Assembly (NCBI GenBank): GCA_002269645.1
Contig: NIVC01000102.1
Location: forward strand, 16,008-80,007
Direction of reading: 5' to 3'
DNA length: 64,000 bases
From: Macrostomum lignano
Lineage: Eukaryota
Numbering within the stretch: the first letter of the stretch is position 1; each line of letters begins with the position of its first letter. The notes beneath the pieces are model-generated. The model did not search any database, was not told where the DNA came from, and was given only the letters and a program-made list of their open reading frames with translations. Of the stretch, positions 13,101 to 23,953 are shown in pieces. The translations under genes were made by a program, and so were the position numbers.

Positions 13101-13314
13101 ATGGAGACAAACCCGCCTGACTGCTCAGAGCTTCGGGCTGAACATCTTGCGCCAAGCAGGTGCTAATGTCTTGCTCAACGTCACGGACGTGAGCTTCTTT
13201 GCTTTCTGCAGCTGCCGTCTCATCAGTGATCTTGCTGAAATTTGCACTGCTGCAAGTGACCACAAGAATAGCCGGCGGAGGCTGATGTGACTGTTCAGAG
13301 TCATCGGCCTCCAT
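10147..13314 (-). CDS. Uncharacterised 295-aa protein with two transmembrane helices
   Basis: Exons 13314-12901, 12337-12180, 12096-12043, 11947-11833 and 10293-10147 are GT-AG and phase-compatible (888 nt). TM1 WLIPQFLSGALTLMGVVLFLVGIISLQI; loop NKYLHACDAEDGIDCKSNTAKINN; TM2 VMMPIGVGTTGGGLSLILISGFVFVHAFCVIY. AATAAA (minus) at 10086-10091. Confidence 0.8.
10317..10885. repeat. 32-bp tandem array, about 18 copies, intronic
   Basis: GAAGGTTCAGTGAATCAGCAACTTCTCATTGT units. Confidence 0.95.
11275..11830. repeat. ~23-bp tandem array, intronic
   Basis: TCTTCCAGGTATCTCCCCGATAG units, degenerate at the left end. Confidence 0.9.
12400..12775. repeat. Alternating 25/27-bp tandem array, intronic
   Basis: CAATGACCCATCATGATAATCACAC alternating with CAATGACCCATCATGACAATATCACCA. 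Confidence 0.9.
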
Positions 13315-14274
13315 TTTAATTGAATTTCTTCCCTAGTTAAAGCTATTCCGCTTCAGTCAGTGGCCGTTTGTTAAATCCAGCCCCCATGGGGCAAGCAAGT
13401 CCTTTTACAATGTTCTGCAATTCTGTACTCGTAAATAAAACACAGGGTGATCTGTCAAACGAGCAGAGAAGCTCCGCAAACTGTGCCTGAGAAAATATAC
13501 AGTTTGTTTGGCCACACACAACTACCAAAGCATGATTGGCTGAAGGAAGAATTGGGTGCCACGAAATGCCTGCGTTCCCTAGCTTTGACTCTCTGTGTAT
13601 CTAGCAGAACTGCCGCATAGAAGTTTTATGGATTAATATGTGTAGAACGTCTGCCCAGAAGGATAGCGGAAGCGCGGGCTAGAGGCAGCTTAGAGAGAGG
13701 AGAGGGGAAGAGAGAGCGAGAGGAGGGAAGAGGGAAAAGGAAAAGGGCTTATTTGGGGAGGGGAGAGAAGCAGTTTCCCAGGCGTCATCGCCTTAGGCTC
13801 GAAACTCTTATCTGAAAGTCTCCACGATCAGTCAGACATCAAGCTGGATAAGGGCATGTGTGTTGGGAATAAGTTTCTTCGCTTTGGGGAGGGGGTGGCT
13901 GCTAGAGTTTAAGAGGCCGGGGTGGCTGTCTGCTGCTGCTGCTACTGCGGCGCTTGCACTGTTCTGCAAAGATAAGTATCAATAACTTCGAGGGACTGCA
14001 GCCATCTGCAACTCATCTGGAACTGCAATTTGGAACAGATGCATCGGTTGGGGCTGTCCTGGGGGGAAAGGAAATTTCTACATTAGCTTAATTTGGCATG
14101 ATAGAGAAATTAAAACGGAATTAACAATTTTTTTATATCGAAGCAGAGTGCCGCATTGGTGACGTGTGCTCGCGCTGCATCGCCCTGCTATTCGAGCGAG
14201 TCTGTCAGGGTCCAGTAGAGTACATGCCTGAAGATGAGACAGTCAAGCCGCTGTGCACCCTGCGTCAGCATTGG

Positions 14275-14626
14275 TATTGCTTTTGTCAGCCTAACTGAGA
14301 ATAAAGCCATCCAAAGTGAGAATCCTGCCTACGCTGACTGCGAAGGGCCTGGCTGCGTGCAGCCTTAGTCTATGGGCCATAGACAATAAAGGACAAGCAA
14401 AGTGATAAAAAGCCATCCAATGTGAGAATCGATTGGTCTATGCGTCGTATTCTTTTATTTTTATACCTTCTGAGCTTCTGAGCCATATGACTAGCAAATC
14501 CTAGCTTATCCTTTATAGTCTATGGCTCATAGACTAGGCTGGACGCAGCCAGGCCCTTCGCAGTCAGCGTAGGCAGGATTCTCACTTTGAATGGCTTTAT
14601 TCTCAGTTAGGCTGACAAAACCAATA
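14275..14626. mobile_element. MITE with ~110-bp terminal inverted repeats and TA at both ends (Tc1/mariner-like)
   Basis: The left arm TATTGCTTTTGTCAGCCTAACTGAGAATAAAGCC...GTCTATGGGCCATAGAC is the near-exact reverse complement of 14516-14626. Confidence 0.8.
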
Positions 14627-15469
14627 ATAGTCATTCAAAAATGTCCCTCAGTTACATATAAGTGTAGTAAAGAGAGACAAAGAGTAGAGAAAGCTTCAAA
14701 GCAAAGTCACTATTACTACAGCTTCAAATAGCACTACTCAGCCGAAAAGCATGTCCTAGAAGTTTCCAATCCAAAATCAAGGACTACTCAAGAAGAGGGA
14801 AGAGAAACTACGTTTTAGGGCAGGTTTTACCAAAAATCACATTACCGAAAGATCTTTTACGGGAATAGGACCTGCCCCGAACTAGCCAATAAGTACGCCT
14901 AAAGTAATATCATAATATCATAAAATATAAAAGTCAGCACTCTTGGCGTGTACACATAAAAAATAACTATAATGATAATAACAGACGAGGGATAACTTAG
15001 CCTTAGCCTTAGAAAGCGGAAACACTGCAGCTTCGAAATGCCAGCTGTTAAATGTTTATCTTTCAAACCGACACTGCAGTTCTCGCTAGAGAAAAAAATC
15101 ACAAGATAGGCAAAGGAGCACTGGGCCTCTCCAGATTTGATTGATACGATTCGAGGGCGGCATGAAAGTTTCAAAAATCTCGTCCAGATTGACTGGAAGG
15201 CTGTGGGCAGCAGCTCTCCCTGTCAGTCAGACGTGACCCGTGCCGACAGAAATTGTGATGTAGTCTGTCGTTTTGAAGAGCCGTGCAGCACGCTAAAAAG
15301 TAAAAAGTAATCCTTTGCGCTTGCACTTTCAACTCTGCGATTTAAGTAAAAAAAACACTTTGCAAACGAAACCTTTTTAAGTGGTAACTGAAAAACATAA
15401 CTGCAGAAAAGGGCTTTTGTGTGATACTTGATCTCCTGAAAAGGGCAATTGACTGCTGCTGATTGGAAA

Positions 15470-17110
15470 AAAGGGAGATTCTTCGATGGGAGATTCTTCG
15501 ATTGGCGATTCTTCGATGGGCGATTCTTCGATGGGCGATTCTTCGATGGGCGATTCTTCGATGGGCGATTCTTCGATGGGTAATTCTTTGATGGGCGATT
15601 TTTTATGGGCCATTCTTTGATGGGCGATGCTTCGATGGGCGATTCTTTTATAGGCGATTCTTTGATGGGCGATTGTTCGTTGGGCGATTCTTCGATGGGC
15701 GATTCATTGATGGGCAATTCTTCGATGGGCGATTCTTCGATGGGCGATTCTTCGATGGGCGATTTTTTATGGGCCATTCTTTGATGGGCGATTCATTGAT
15801 GGGCAATTCTTCGATGGGCGATTCTTCGATGGGCGATTCTTCGATGGGCGATTCTTCGATGGGCGATTCTTCGATGGGCGATTCTTCGATGGGCGATTCT
15901 TCGATGGGCGATTCTTCGATGGGTAATTCTTTGATGGGTGATTCTTCGATAGGCGATTTTTTTATGGGCCATTCTTTGATGGGCGATGCTTCGATGGGCG
16001 ATTCTTTTATGGGTCATTCCTTGATGGGCGATTCTTCGATGGGCGATTCTTTTATAGGCGATTCTTTGATGGGCAATTCTTCGATGGGCGATTCTTCGAT
16101 GGGCGATTCTTTGATGGGCGATTCTTCGATGGGCGATTCTTTTACGGGCGATTCTTTTATGGGTCATTCTTTTATGGGCGATTCTTCGATGGGCGATTCT
16201 TGGACGGGCGATTCTTCGATGGGCGATTCTTTTATAGGCGATTCTTTTATAGGCGATTCTTTGATGGGCGATTCTTCGATGGGCGATTCTTTTATAGGCG
16301 ATTCTTTGATGGGCGATTCTTTGATGGGCGATTGTTCGTTGGGCGATTCTTCAATGGGCGATTCATTGATGGGCAATTCTTCGATGGGCGATTCTTCGAT
16401 GGGCGATTCTTCGATGGGCGATTCTTCGATGGGCGATTCTTCGATGGGCGATTCTTTGATGGGCAATTCTTCGATGGGCGATTCTTCGATGGGCGATTCT
16501 TCGATGGGCGATTCTTCGATGGGCGATTTTTTTATGGGCCATTCTTTGATGGGCGATGCTTCGATGGGCGATTCTTTTATGGGTCATTCCTTGATGGGCG
16601 ATTCTTCGATGGGCGATTCTTTTATGGGTCATTCCTTGATGGGCGATTCTTCGATGGGTAATTCTTTGATGGGTGATTCTTCGATGGGCGATTTTTTTAT
16701 GGGCCATTCTTTGATGGGCGATGCTTCGATGGGCGATTCTTTTATGGGTCATTCCTTGATGGGCGATTCTTTGATGGGCGATTCTTTTATAGGCGATTCT
16801 TTGATGGGCGATTCTTCGATGGGCGATTCTTCGATGGGCGATTCTTCGATGGGCGATTCTTCGATGGGCGATTCTTCGATGGGCGATTCTTCGATGGGCG
16901 ATTCTTCGATGAGCGATTCTTCGATGGGTAATTCTTTGATGGGTGATTCTTCGATGGGCGATTTTTTTATGGGCCATTCCTTGATGGGCGATTCTTCGAT
17001 GGGCGATTCTTTTATAGGCGATTCTTTGATGGGCGATTCTTCAATGGGCGATTCTTCGATGAGTGATTCTTTGATGGGCGATTCTTCGATGGGCGATTTT
17101 TTATGGGCGA
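15470..17110. repeat. 15-bp tandem array, about 110 copies, with higher-order blocks
   Basis: GGGCGATTCTTCGAT units; variant blocks containing GGGCCATTCTTTGATGGGCGATGCTTCG recur. Confidence 0.97.
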
Positions 17111-18418
17111 TACTTGTAACTACTTCTCATTAGGCGGTACACAATATAAGCGTAAATCTAGCAACACAGATTGACCCAATTAGGGAAAAAACTTAGCAGC
17201 CTGCCAGCATTTGAATCTGTGAGGAAACTCTATCTCACTCAGTGCCACCTGCGCAAAATCCTCTTGTTTATGGCTGAGAAACACAAGTTCCTATCATCAC
17301 ATGGAAAGCTGTTCGATCATACTGATTTTTTATGGCTGGCAAGACTCGGAAGCTCTGCTCAATGCATGGCAACACCGGACAGTTGCATGGAGTTCGACAT
17401 GCCAGATTAAGTGTCGAGTCCTTATTCCGTGCCGCGTGAGTAATGGCATAAATCGGCCGGAACTCCTGTGTGCTCAAGGGGCAGAATGATCAATTGACTG
17501 ACTCTCGCACCAGGAGTACCCTGGGATCGATTCCGGGGCTTGCCTATCTCCTCTGCAACCTCTATGGGCTACTCGGTGGTGCGAGCAATAGCATGACGAC
17601 TTGCCTCCTGGATGTCCTCTGGATCTGCGGCAGTGTCCCAAAGCCCCTTTGAAGCTTACTAATCAACAGTCGAAAACGATATACTCGTGTTTCGTGTCAG
17701 TCTACGAGTCTTTCAGTTTCACCATGCTGTTAATTTAGGATTGACCAAGCTCAGGATTGATCAATCTGCATTTTTTATCAATTTCACTCTGCCAAGATAG
17801 AAGTTGTAATCGATCCCGGAGTAGGAAAACATAGCGCATTTCCGTTTCTCGGTTTCACATTTCTAATTCTATACGGAGTCTCCCTGAAAGCAGCGGGTAC
17901 TAATTCACCAATATTCACTCTATAGCTGCACCGGCCTGTCCCGTCCCAGAGAACTGTTGCGCCGTCGGTGACTCCAGCTGGCAGCCCTCATCATCCGAGC
18001 CGAGTCCTACTGCCCGCAGCCGGTGCAGGAGGTGCCGCAGCTGACGCTACAGGCGGGGACAGGCGCGCACTCGGCGTTTCGTCGACTGCCGGCTGGCTGA
18101 TGCGGTGCGATCTACGTTTGCGCCCACGCTCGGAAACGCGCCCTCTGACGTTGTCTTTGCATCTCTTTTGACTCGCTTGACAACGTATTTTGCTGTTGTT
18201 ATCGTTGTTGGGTGACTCTTCTGCAGATTTTTCCACGATCGAATCGAACCCTGCTGGCAAAACTGACTATGCTCATGTGTCTGAGTGCCCATGACTCGGA
18301 TAATCATGCAGAAGATGGGTGGGTTGTTCTTTACCAATTAATGACCCGCTAGGGGCATGAGGGCCGAACACTTCAGATGCTTGGAAACTTCAAGCCATAA
18401 CTAGGGGTGCCTCCTGGA

Positions 18419-19162
18419 CAGGGGCGTAGCCAGGAATTTTGATTGGGGGGGGCGTGAGTTAGGGGGCGCCAGCTTCTTATAGGGGAGCGCCAGTTTCTTT
18501 TAGGGGGGGGCGCCAGTTTCTTTTAGGGGGGGGGGTGGGGCACCAGTTTCTTAGGGGGGGGCGCCAGTTTCTTTTAGGAGGGGCCGGGGCACCAGTTTCT
18601 TTTAGGGGGGGCCGGGGCACCAGTTTCTTTTAGGGGGGGGGGCGCCAGTTTCTTATAAGGGGGGGGGGCGCCAGTTTCTTTTAGGAGGGGCCGGGGGCAC
18701 CAGTTTCTTTTAGGGGGAGGGCGCCAGTTTCTTATAGGGGGTGGGGGCGCCAGTTTCTTTTAGGAGGGGCCGGGGCACCAGTTTTTTTTAGGGGGGGCCG
18801 GGGGCACCAGTTTCTTATAGGGGGGGGGGGGCGCCAGTTTCTTATAAGGGGGGCACCAGTTTCTTTTAGGAGGGGCCGGGGGCACCAGTTTCTTTTAGGG
18901 GGGGGGCGCCAGTTTCTTATAGGGGGGGGGGGCGCCAGTTTCTTTTAGGAGGGGCCGGGGCACCAGTTTCTTTTAGGGGGGGCCGGGGCACCAGTTTCTT
19001 TTAGGGGGGGGGGCGCCAGTTTCTTATAAGGGGGGGGCGCCAGTTTCTTTTAGGAGGGGCCGGGGGCACCAGTTTCTTTTAGGGGGGGGGGCCAAGGCCA
19101 GAGTTGGTGATTAGGGGGGGGGGGGGCCACGGCCCCCTTGCCCCCCTCTGGCTACGCCCCTG
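18419..19162. mobile_element. Non-autonomous hAT-type element (744 bp) with an internal G-rich array
   Basis: 15-bp TIRs CAGGGGCGTAGCCAG / CTGGCTACGCCCCTG; perfect 8-bp TSD CTCCTGGA at 18411-18418 and 19163-19170. Confidence 0.92.
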
Positions 19163-21627
19163 CTCCTGGATGTGGTGAAAGGGGAATGAACTCCCGTTGT
19201 TTCCTTGGTTGGAAACCCGGCGAAACTCTGCGGACTGAAGTACTGAACTACAATATAATTTTGCAATAAATCCATAGCTACGAATCAGTTTATAGGATCG
19301 AATAAAACAGAACTAAAGTTTGCAGCTCCGACTTGACTAATTCCGAATCTAGTGGTATATTAGTCGCCTTTTAGTGGTATTTTTCTATTATATATTTTAT
19401 AATAGTGGAACAGTTCAAAGTTCGCAAGAATTTAAGCTTGCTGATGTAACCACGCTCTGGTCGCGGGATAGGGCATGGGAACTTTTTCGAAAGTGCCTCC
19501 TATGCCGTGCACCCTCTGCACAGAGCTGTCGAGACTCGGCCAGGTCTCCGAACGGGCCTGGAGACTCCCGCTCTGCTGCACCCCTCCTGCTGCCTTGGTC
19601 CCGTCTCCCCTGCCGCCACACCTGCCTTTCCGGAGCCCCCTACCCCTTTCTGTACCTCCCCCTCTACCCTATCTCTTCTGTTTTCCGCCCTATTCTTCCT
19701 GTACTTTCCCTATCTCCCCTCTTTTTGTCTCCCTCTGCACTCTTTTCCTGCGCTGTCCCCTCTTTCCCTGTGTCTACTTACAGTATTTTGTGTGCTCACC
19801 GTCTCCCCATCCCCTCTCAAACTCCCAAACGGTGACGCAAGTCGTGTGACCCCCTCTCCCCCTCGGTGACTCATCGATGACTCATCCCCCTCTCTTGCGC
19901 AACCTTTTCTCACGCCATTGTTCTCCTCCCCAAATTTCTCATGCGACACCCACCCCACCTCCGCTTCTATTGTTCTCGTTTTTGCTTCTTTTGTTCTCTC
20001 GACCCCCACCAATTATCACATTTTCTCCGATTTTCTCTTTTCCATTGTTCTCAGTTCTCCCCAATTATCCCCGTTTTCCAATTCCTTTGTTCTCGACCCC
20101 AGCCCTATTGTTCTCAATGTTTGCTTGCGCAATACTTTCGCGACCACCCGCTGCGCCAATTATCCCCCCACCCCACCTCCGGATTGCGCAATTTCCCGAT
20201 TTCTCATGTTGCTATGCCGGTCTCATGCTTCTCATCATGACTCATTCTGACGTCATTCTGCCGGCAGCCAATCAGAGAGAGGGAGCCATGGTAACGACCT
20301 TGAGGAGGCGGCTGTGAGGTCTAAAAAAAAGCGATTTCGGCATGAGAATCCTCAAACTCTTCCTCTCCTCGTCCTTCTTTGGACTTGCTGTCAGATTGAG
20401 TTCTGACCCATTCGTCTATAAGACGAATCCCTGCCGGTCCGCGGTCTGTTACCGCTAAGTTATCTTCAGCTCCCCAAGTGAGCTCGCCTATCGGCCCGCG
20501 GTCTGAAACCGCCCAGCATCATCAGCATCGCCTGATCTACATCAGCGCCTCGTCGCTTCAGCGCACCGCCGCTTCACTGTCTGCTTGACTGCAGCCTACA
20601 GCCGCCCTCGGTCACTCCGCCTCTCTCTCTCTCTCTGTGCAGCTGCCGGTAAGTTCCTGTTACTAATTTGTGCTCTAATTGCCTTTGCTTATCCGGGGTT
20701 TGCCTATTTTCCATTGTCTGATTAGAGAGCTGAGCCAATTGTGATACCGTAACTTTTTGCTGTATTTTACTCAAAAGTGAAGCCGCCTAATTGCCTGATT
20801 ATTCGCCTAAGGGCCTAATTATTAACTACTAACTAACTTCATCATTATTCAATCTTTCACCATCATTTAACTCATGGCTTGCTAAGCCTTTCTCCCGGGG
20901 TGGCAAAGCATAAGGAAGTTTGGGTAAGCTAATGGCCTCTCCCCGTGCAAAGCCCGCCTGTGTGAGTGCGTGCGGCGGGGCCGTGCGTGCGTGCAGTGGA
21001 GGGTGATTAGCGAGTCTTGGCACAGAATGGCAGTAGGAAGGTTGCAACCCCATGCTAACGCGTCCCTTCGCCCTGAGCAATCTAAACTAGAGACAGTACA
21101 TGTTCGCCTCATACTACTCTTAGTAATCAAAGTCGCAAGTCAGCCTCGCTCACAGCCACAAAGGATCCCCTGCTGAGAAATCCTCCAGGATTGAGCCCAG
21201 AGTTCCCGATCATGCCCCAAGCAGAGTCCCTGTACTCGGCTGCATGCGTCTCCCCTGTTAGCCTAAATCCCCTGGTAACCAATCCAGGCGGGGCTCTAGC
21301 CTCGAGAGGTCTGGTAGAAAGATCCAGGTGCGCCAGGTCACATAGAGTGGTGGCAGCCACTCGGTCATACCATGACCGAGTGACCAACTATTGCACCTTG
21401 GCTACAGGTGGGGTCCATGTGGGTCCTTGGCCCTCTGGTCACGAAGCGCCACCAAAGCTACTAATCATGTGGGCGGGACAGTCTGGTGCTGGAGGTCCGT
21501 CAGGTCATTGCCCGGTCATAGGCAGCCTACGGTCATTGCCCCCTCTAGCCAAGCGTTCGTCTCTCAATAGGAGCGGACAGGCGACAAGGGCGGTTACATC
21601 ATTGCAATGTTTTATTTTGTAAGTCCG

Positions 21628-21834
21628 TTAAACCAAGCCGAACTTGACCCAATCAGAGCTCGTCTCAATCGACTGTTCCACCTGAGCGTCTGTGAACTGC
21701 AGCAAACGGCAGGTTCTGAGCTTGCTGTTGTACAGCACCTGCTTGCTGATGCCGGACCTCACAGCTGCAGCAGTGCACTGCAGTGGAATTGCCACGTCAT
21801 TCAAATCCTGGTAGCAGTAAATATTTTGAAGATT
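21628..21834 (-). pseudogene. PAN/apple-like domain in frame behind the lectin TAA (nonsense allele, readthrough or base error)
   Basis: The same frame continues NLQNIYCYQDL...PLQC...VLYNSKLRTCRLLQFTDAQVEQSIETSSDWVKFGLV to TAA 21630-21628, and AATAAA (minus) follows at 21611-21616. Confidence 0.6.
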
Positions 21835-22374
21835 TTAGTTGGTCTGCTTGAACGGAGTCACCTTCCAGGTGGCACTGCCGACGAACTCAGTCGGGGCGTA
21901 CAGCTCGCAAGCGAATCCTCGGAATAATGAGCAGCTCGAGTCGATCAGTAGAGCGTCGCTTGTGGCTGAAGTTATCAGGCAGTCCTGATTTCCGAAACTA
22001 TTGGGCATTCCGGGGTACCAGAGCGAGTCATTTAGTGGCAAAAAGCCGCGTCCATGGACCCTGTGCCAGCCAGAGCGGCTGGTCTGCCTCTCGTCCGGCA
22101 GGTCGGTGATGCCGAGCCACAGCTTGCAGAGGCAAACCACGCTTGGCATGTTTCTGACCAGCTTCAAGGAGTCATAAGAGTTGATGAGCTCACCTCCTAG
22201 AGCGGCGCAGTGCCTGTTGGCGTCGCACCAGGTGAAATTCTGCGACGTGTTCACGAAGATGCACCTGCCGGCCTCGAGCTGGAATGGAGGAGGGCAGGCG
22301 GTGGCACAGACTTGTAGCAGCAAGAGATGAAGCTGTACGTACAGAAGCAGCTGCATCAGTCGGTGAGTTCTCAT
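21835..22374 (-). CDS. Secreted C-type lectin domain protein, single exon
   Basis: Signal peptide MQLLLYVQLHLLLLQVCATA; CTLD motifs CPPPF...GRC, TWCDANRHC, LWLGITD, W.PGMPN, DC, DSSC, FACE. TATA-like CATAAATATA (minus) near 22433-22443. Confidence 0.88.
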   Translation of the reverse strand: MRTHRLMQLLLYVQLHLLLLQVCATACPPPFQLEAGRCIFVNTSQNFTWCDANRHCAALGGELINSYDSLKLVRNMPSVVCLCKLWLGITDLPDERQTSRSGWHRVHGRGFLPLNDSLWYPGMPNSFGNQDCLITSATSDALLIDSSCSLFRGFACELYAPTEFVGSATWKVTPFKQTN

Positions 22375-23604
22375 GCTTGTCTGCAACAATAGTGGTTTCC
22401 GGAGGCGCGGTTGGCATCTTTGAGGGTACCGCGGTATATTTATGCACCAGCTAGGGCAGTTTCTAAAACTGAAGGACTTTTTTGCAGCCAATTGTTTTTT
22501 CACAAAAGATTTGATTTGTTAGTGAAGCTTAAAAGCAATCTATTTTTGAGTAGTTCGAGTCTCTTTTGTCTCTTTTCAAGACTCCCAGATATTCAATCGC
22601 TATGACTTCAAAGCAGTTTCGATTGCTGACTTTAATGCGGCGTTTTACTTTGATGTACTATAAAAACACCAGCACTCTTTACTTCTCATTGCCTGTTTCT
22701 AAATATGTACAGTACCCATGGCAGTCGAAACAATGAAATATTGTTCAAATCTATATTTAGAGGTAAAAAAGGCAATGAACAGAGCAAAGCAAGCAGTTTT
22801 TTATTTATGAGGATTTTCTGCTTTCTGCTCTTTTTATGTCAACCAAGTCCTATTTTCACAATGAAAGAGAACAGATTCAACCATTTCCCGCTTGCAATTT
22901 TCCACTATTCTATAAATAAGCATCACAAGAGTTAGTGATTGCTTTTCTGATGGTGTACGAGATAGCGCTTTCGTATGCGGTACGTAATCCAAACAGACGT
23001 CATTTAAGTCCATTTTCACCCAGGTTTCATAAAAAATTGTCCTAATTTCCGGGCTGGAAACTTTAATATGTCACTAACTGTTAGATTCAGAGAGTTTTTT
23101 TTAAATAAAAATGCGTGCAACATGTGTGTGAATACCGTTATTTTTAAACAGAGAGTGGATTTAAACAAAATCTAGTGCTTGGTAAATAACTTCATAAATT
23201 TCATTGAAATGACCCTAATATCTGTCAATTAGTTTATGTTTTTGCATTACAGATACTCTTTCTGGTGCACAGTATTCATTTAGCTACAAAAATAGAAACA
23301 AGAGTTCACATTGCACTCACTGGGTAATATAGCAGATTTCTCCAACCAATCATAAGCGAGAACCAGAGGTTAAAGTGGGGGTGGGGGTCGGTGGGTTAGG
23401 GGTGGGGTTGGTGGTGACTGACTCATTTTAGATGCGCCTTATCTTCTTACCCTGTGCCCCTTTTTCTAACTCAAAATGTACGATATAGGCACGTGACTGG
23501 ACAAGAGTGTACAAAACTCACGCCTTAGCAGCCTTCAGTCAAAGCCTCCGTGGAATTAGAGGGCACAATAGAAAGAGCGAGAGAAACAAATGAAAAAATA
23601 CGAG

Positions 23605-23611
23605 TATATAA
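23605..23611 (+). promoter_or_regulatory. TATA box candidate for EF-hand gene 1
   Basis: TATATAA about 125 bp upstream of ATG 23732. Confidence 0.45.
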
Positions 23612-23731
23612 GTTAGTTCAATTTGCCTGCAACCAGTCAGACATCACAAGCGCCAATTGAAACACGTTAAAAGTGTTGTTACTTCTGCAAGTCCTATTTT
23701 CATCCGTCCAGACAAACAAGCAGAGCTCGTC

Positions 23732-23953
23732 ATGTCCGATGACAAGTACCGCGAAGCCTTCCAGCAGTTCGACGAGGATGGCAACGGCGCCATCAGCTCC
23801 GACGAGCTGCGGACAGCTCTGCGCAGCGCCTTCGGTGAGATGGACGACTCCGAGATGGAGAATCTGCTAACGATGAAAGGCGACAAGGAGTGCCTGGACA
23901 TGGACGAGTTCGTGGCCTTCATGCAATCTGTCGAGGCATCCCGCAGCGAGTAG
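23732..23953 (+). CDS. EF-hand gene 1: intronless 73-aa single-lobe calmodulin-like protein
   Basis: MSDDKYREAFQQF-DEDGNGAISSDE (canonical loop); second loop MKGDKECLDMDE is degenerate; stop TAG; AATAAA near 24089. Confidence 0.85.
   Translation: MSDDKYREAFQQFDEDGNGAISSDELRTALRSAFGEMDDSEMENLLTMKGDKECLDMDEFVAFMQSVEASRSE

Noticed and set aside
15673-17133. 486-aa GDSSM-repeat ORF and overlapping ORFs
   Set aside because: The 15-bp unit is stop-free in these frames, and I found no start context or unique domain.
18340-19240. Hammerhead ribozyme in the sequence interrupted by the hAT element (CGAAAC near 19221)
   Set aside because: No CTGATGA core or pairing stems in the right arrangement after rejoining the flanks.
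19374-20317. Several overlapping 100-150-aa ORFs
   Set aside because: The sequence is pyrimidine-rich and low-complexity, with no recognisable domain or consistent splice chain.
23377-23420. Short G-rich tract upstream of EF-hand gene 1 as a regulatory G-quadruplex
   Set aside because: Plausible by composition, but such tracts are common here and nothing else supports a function.
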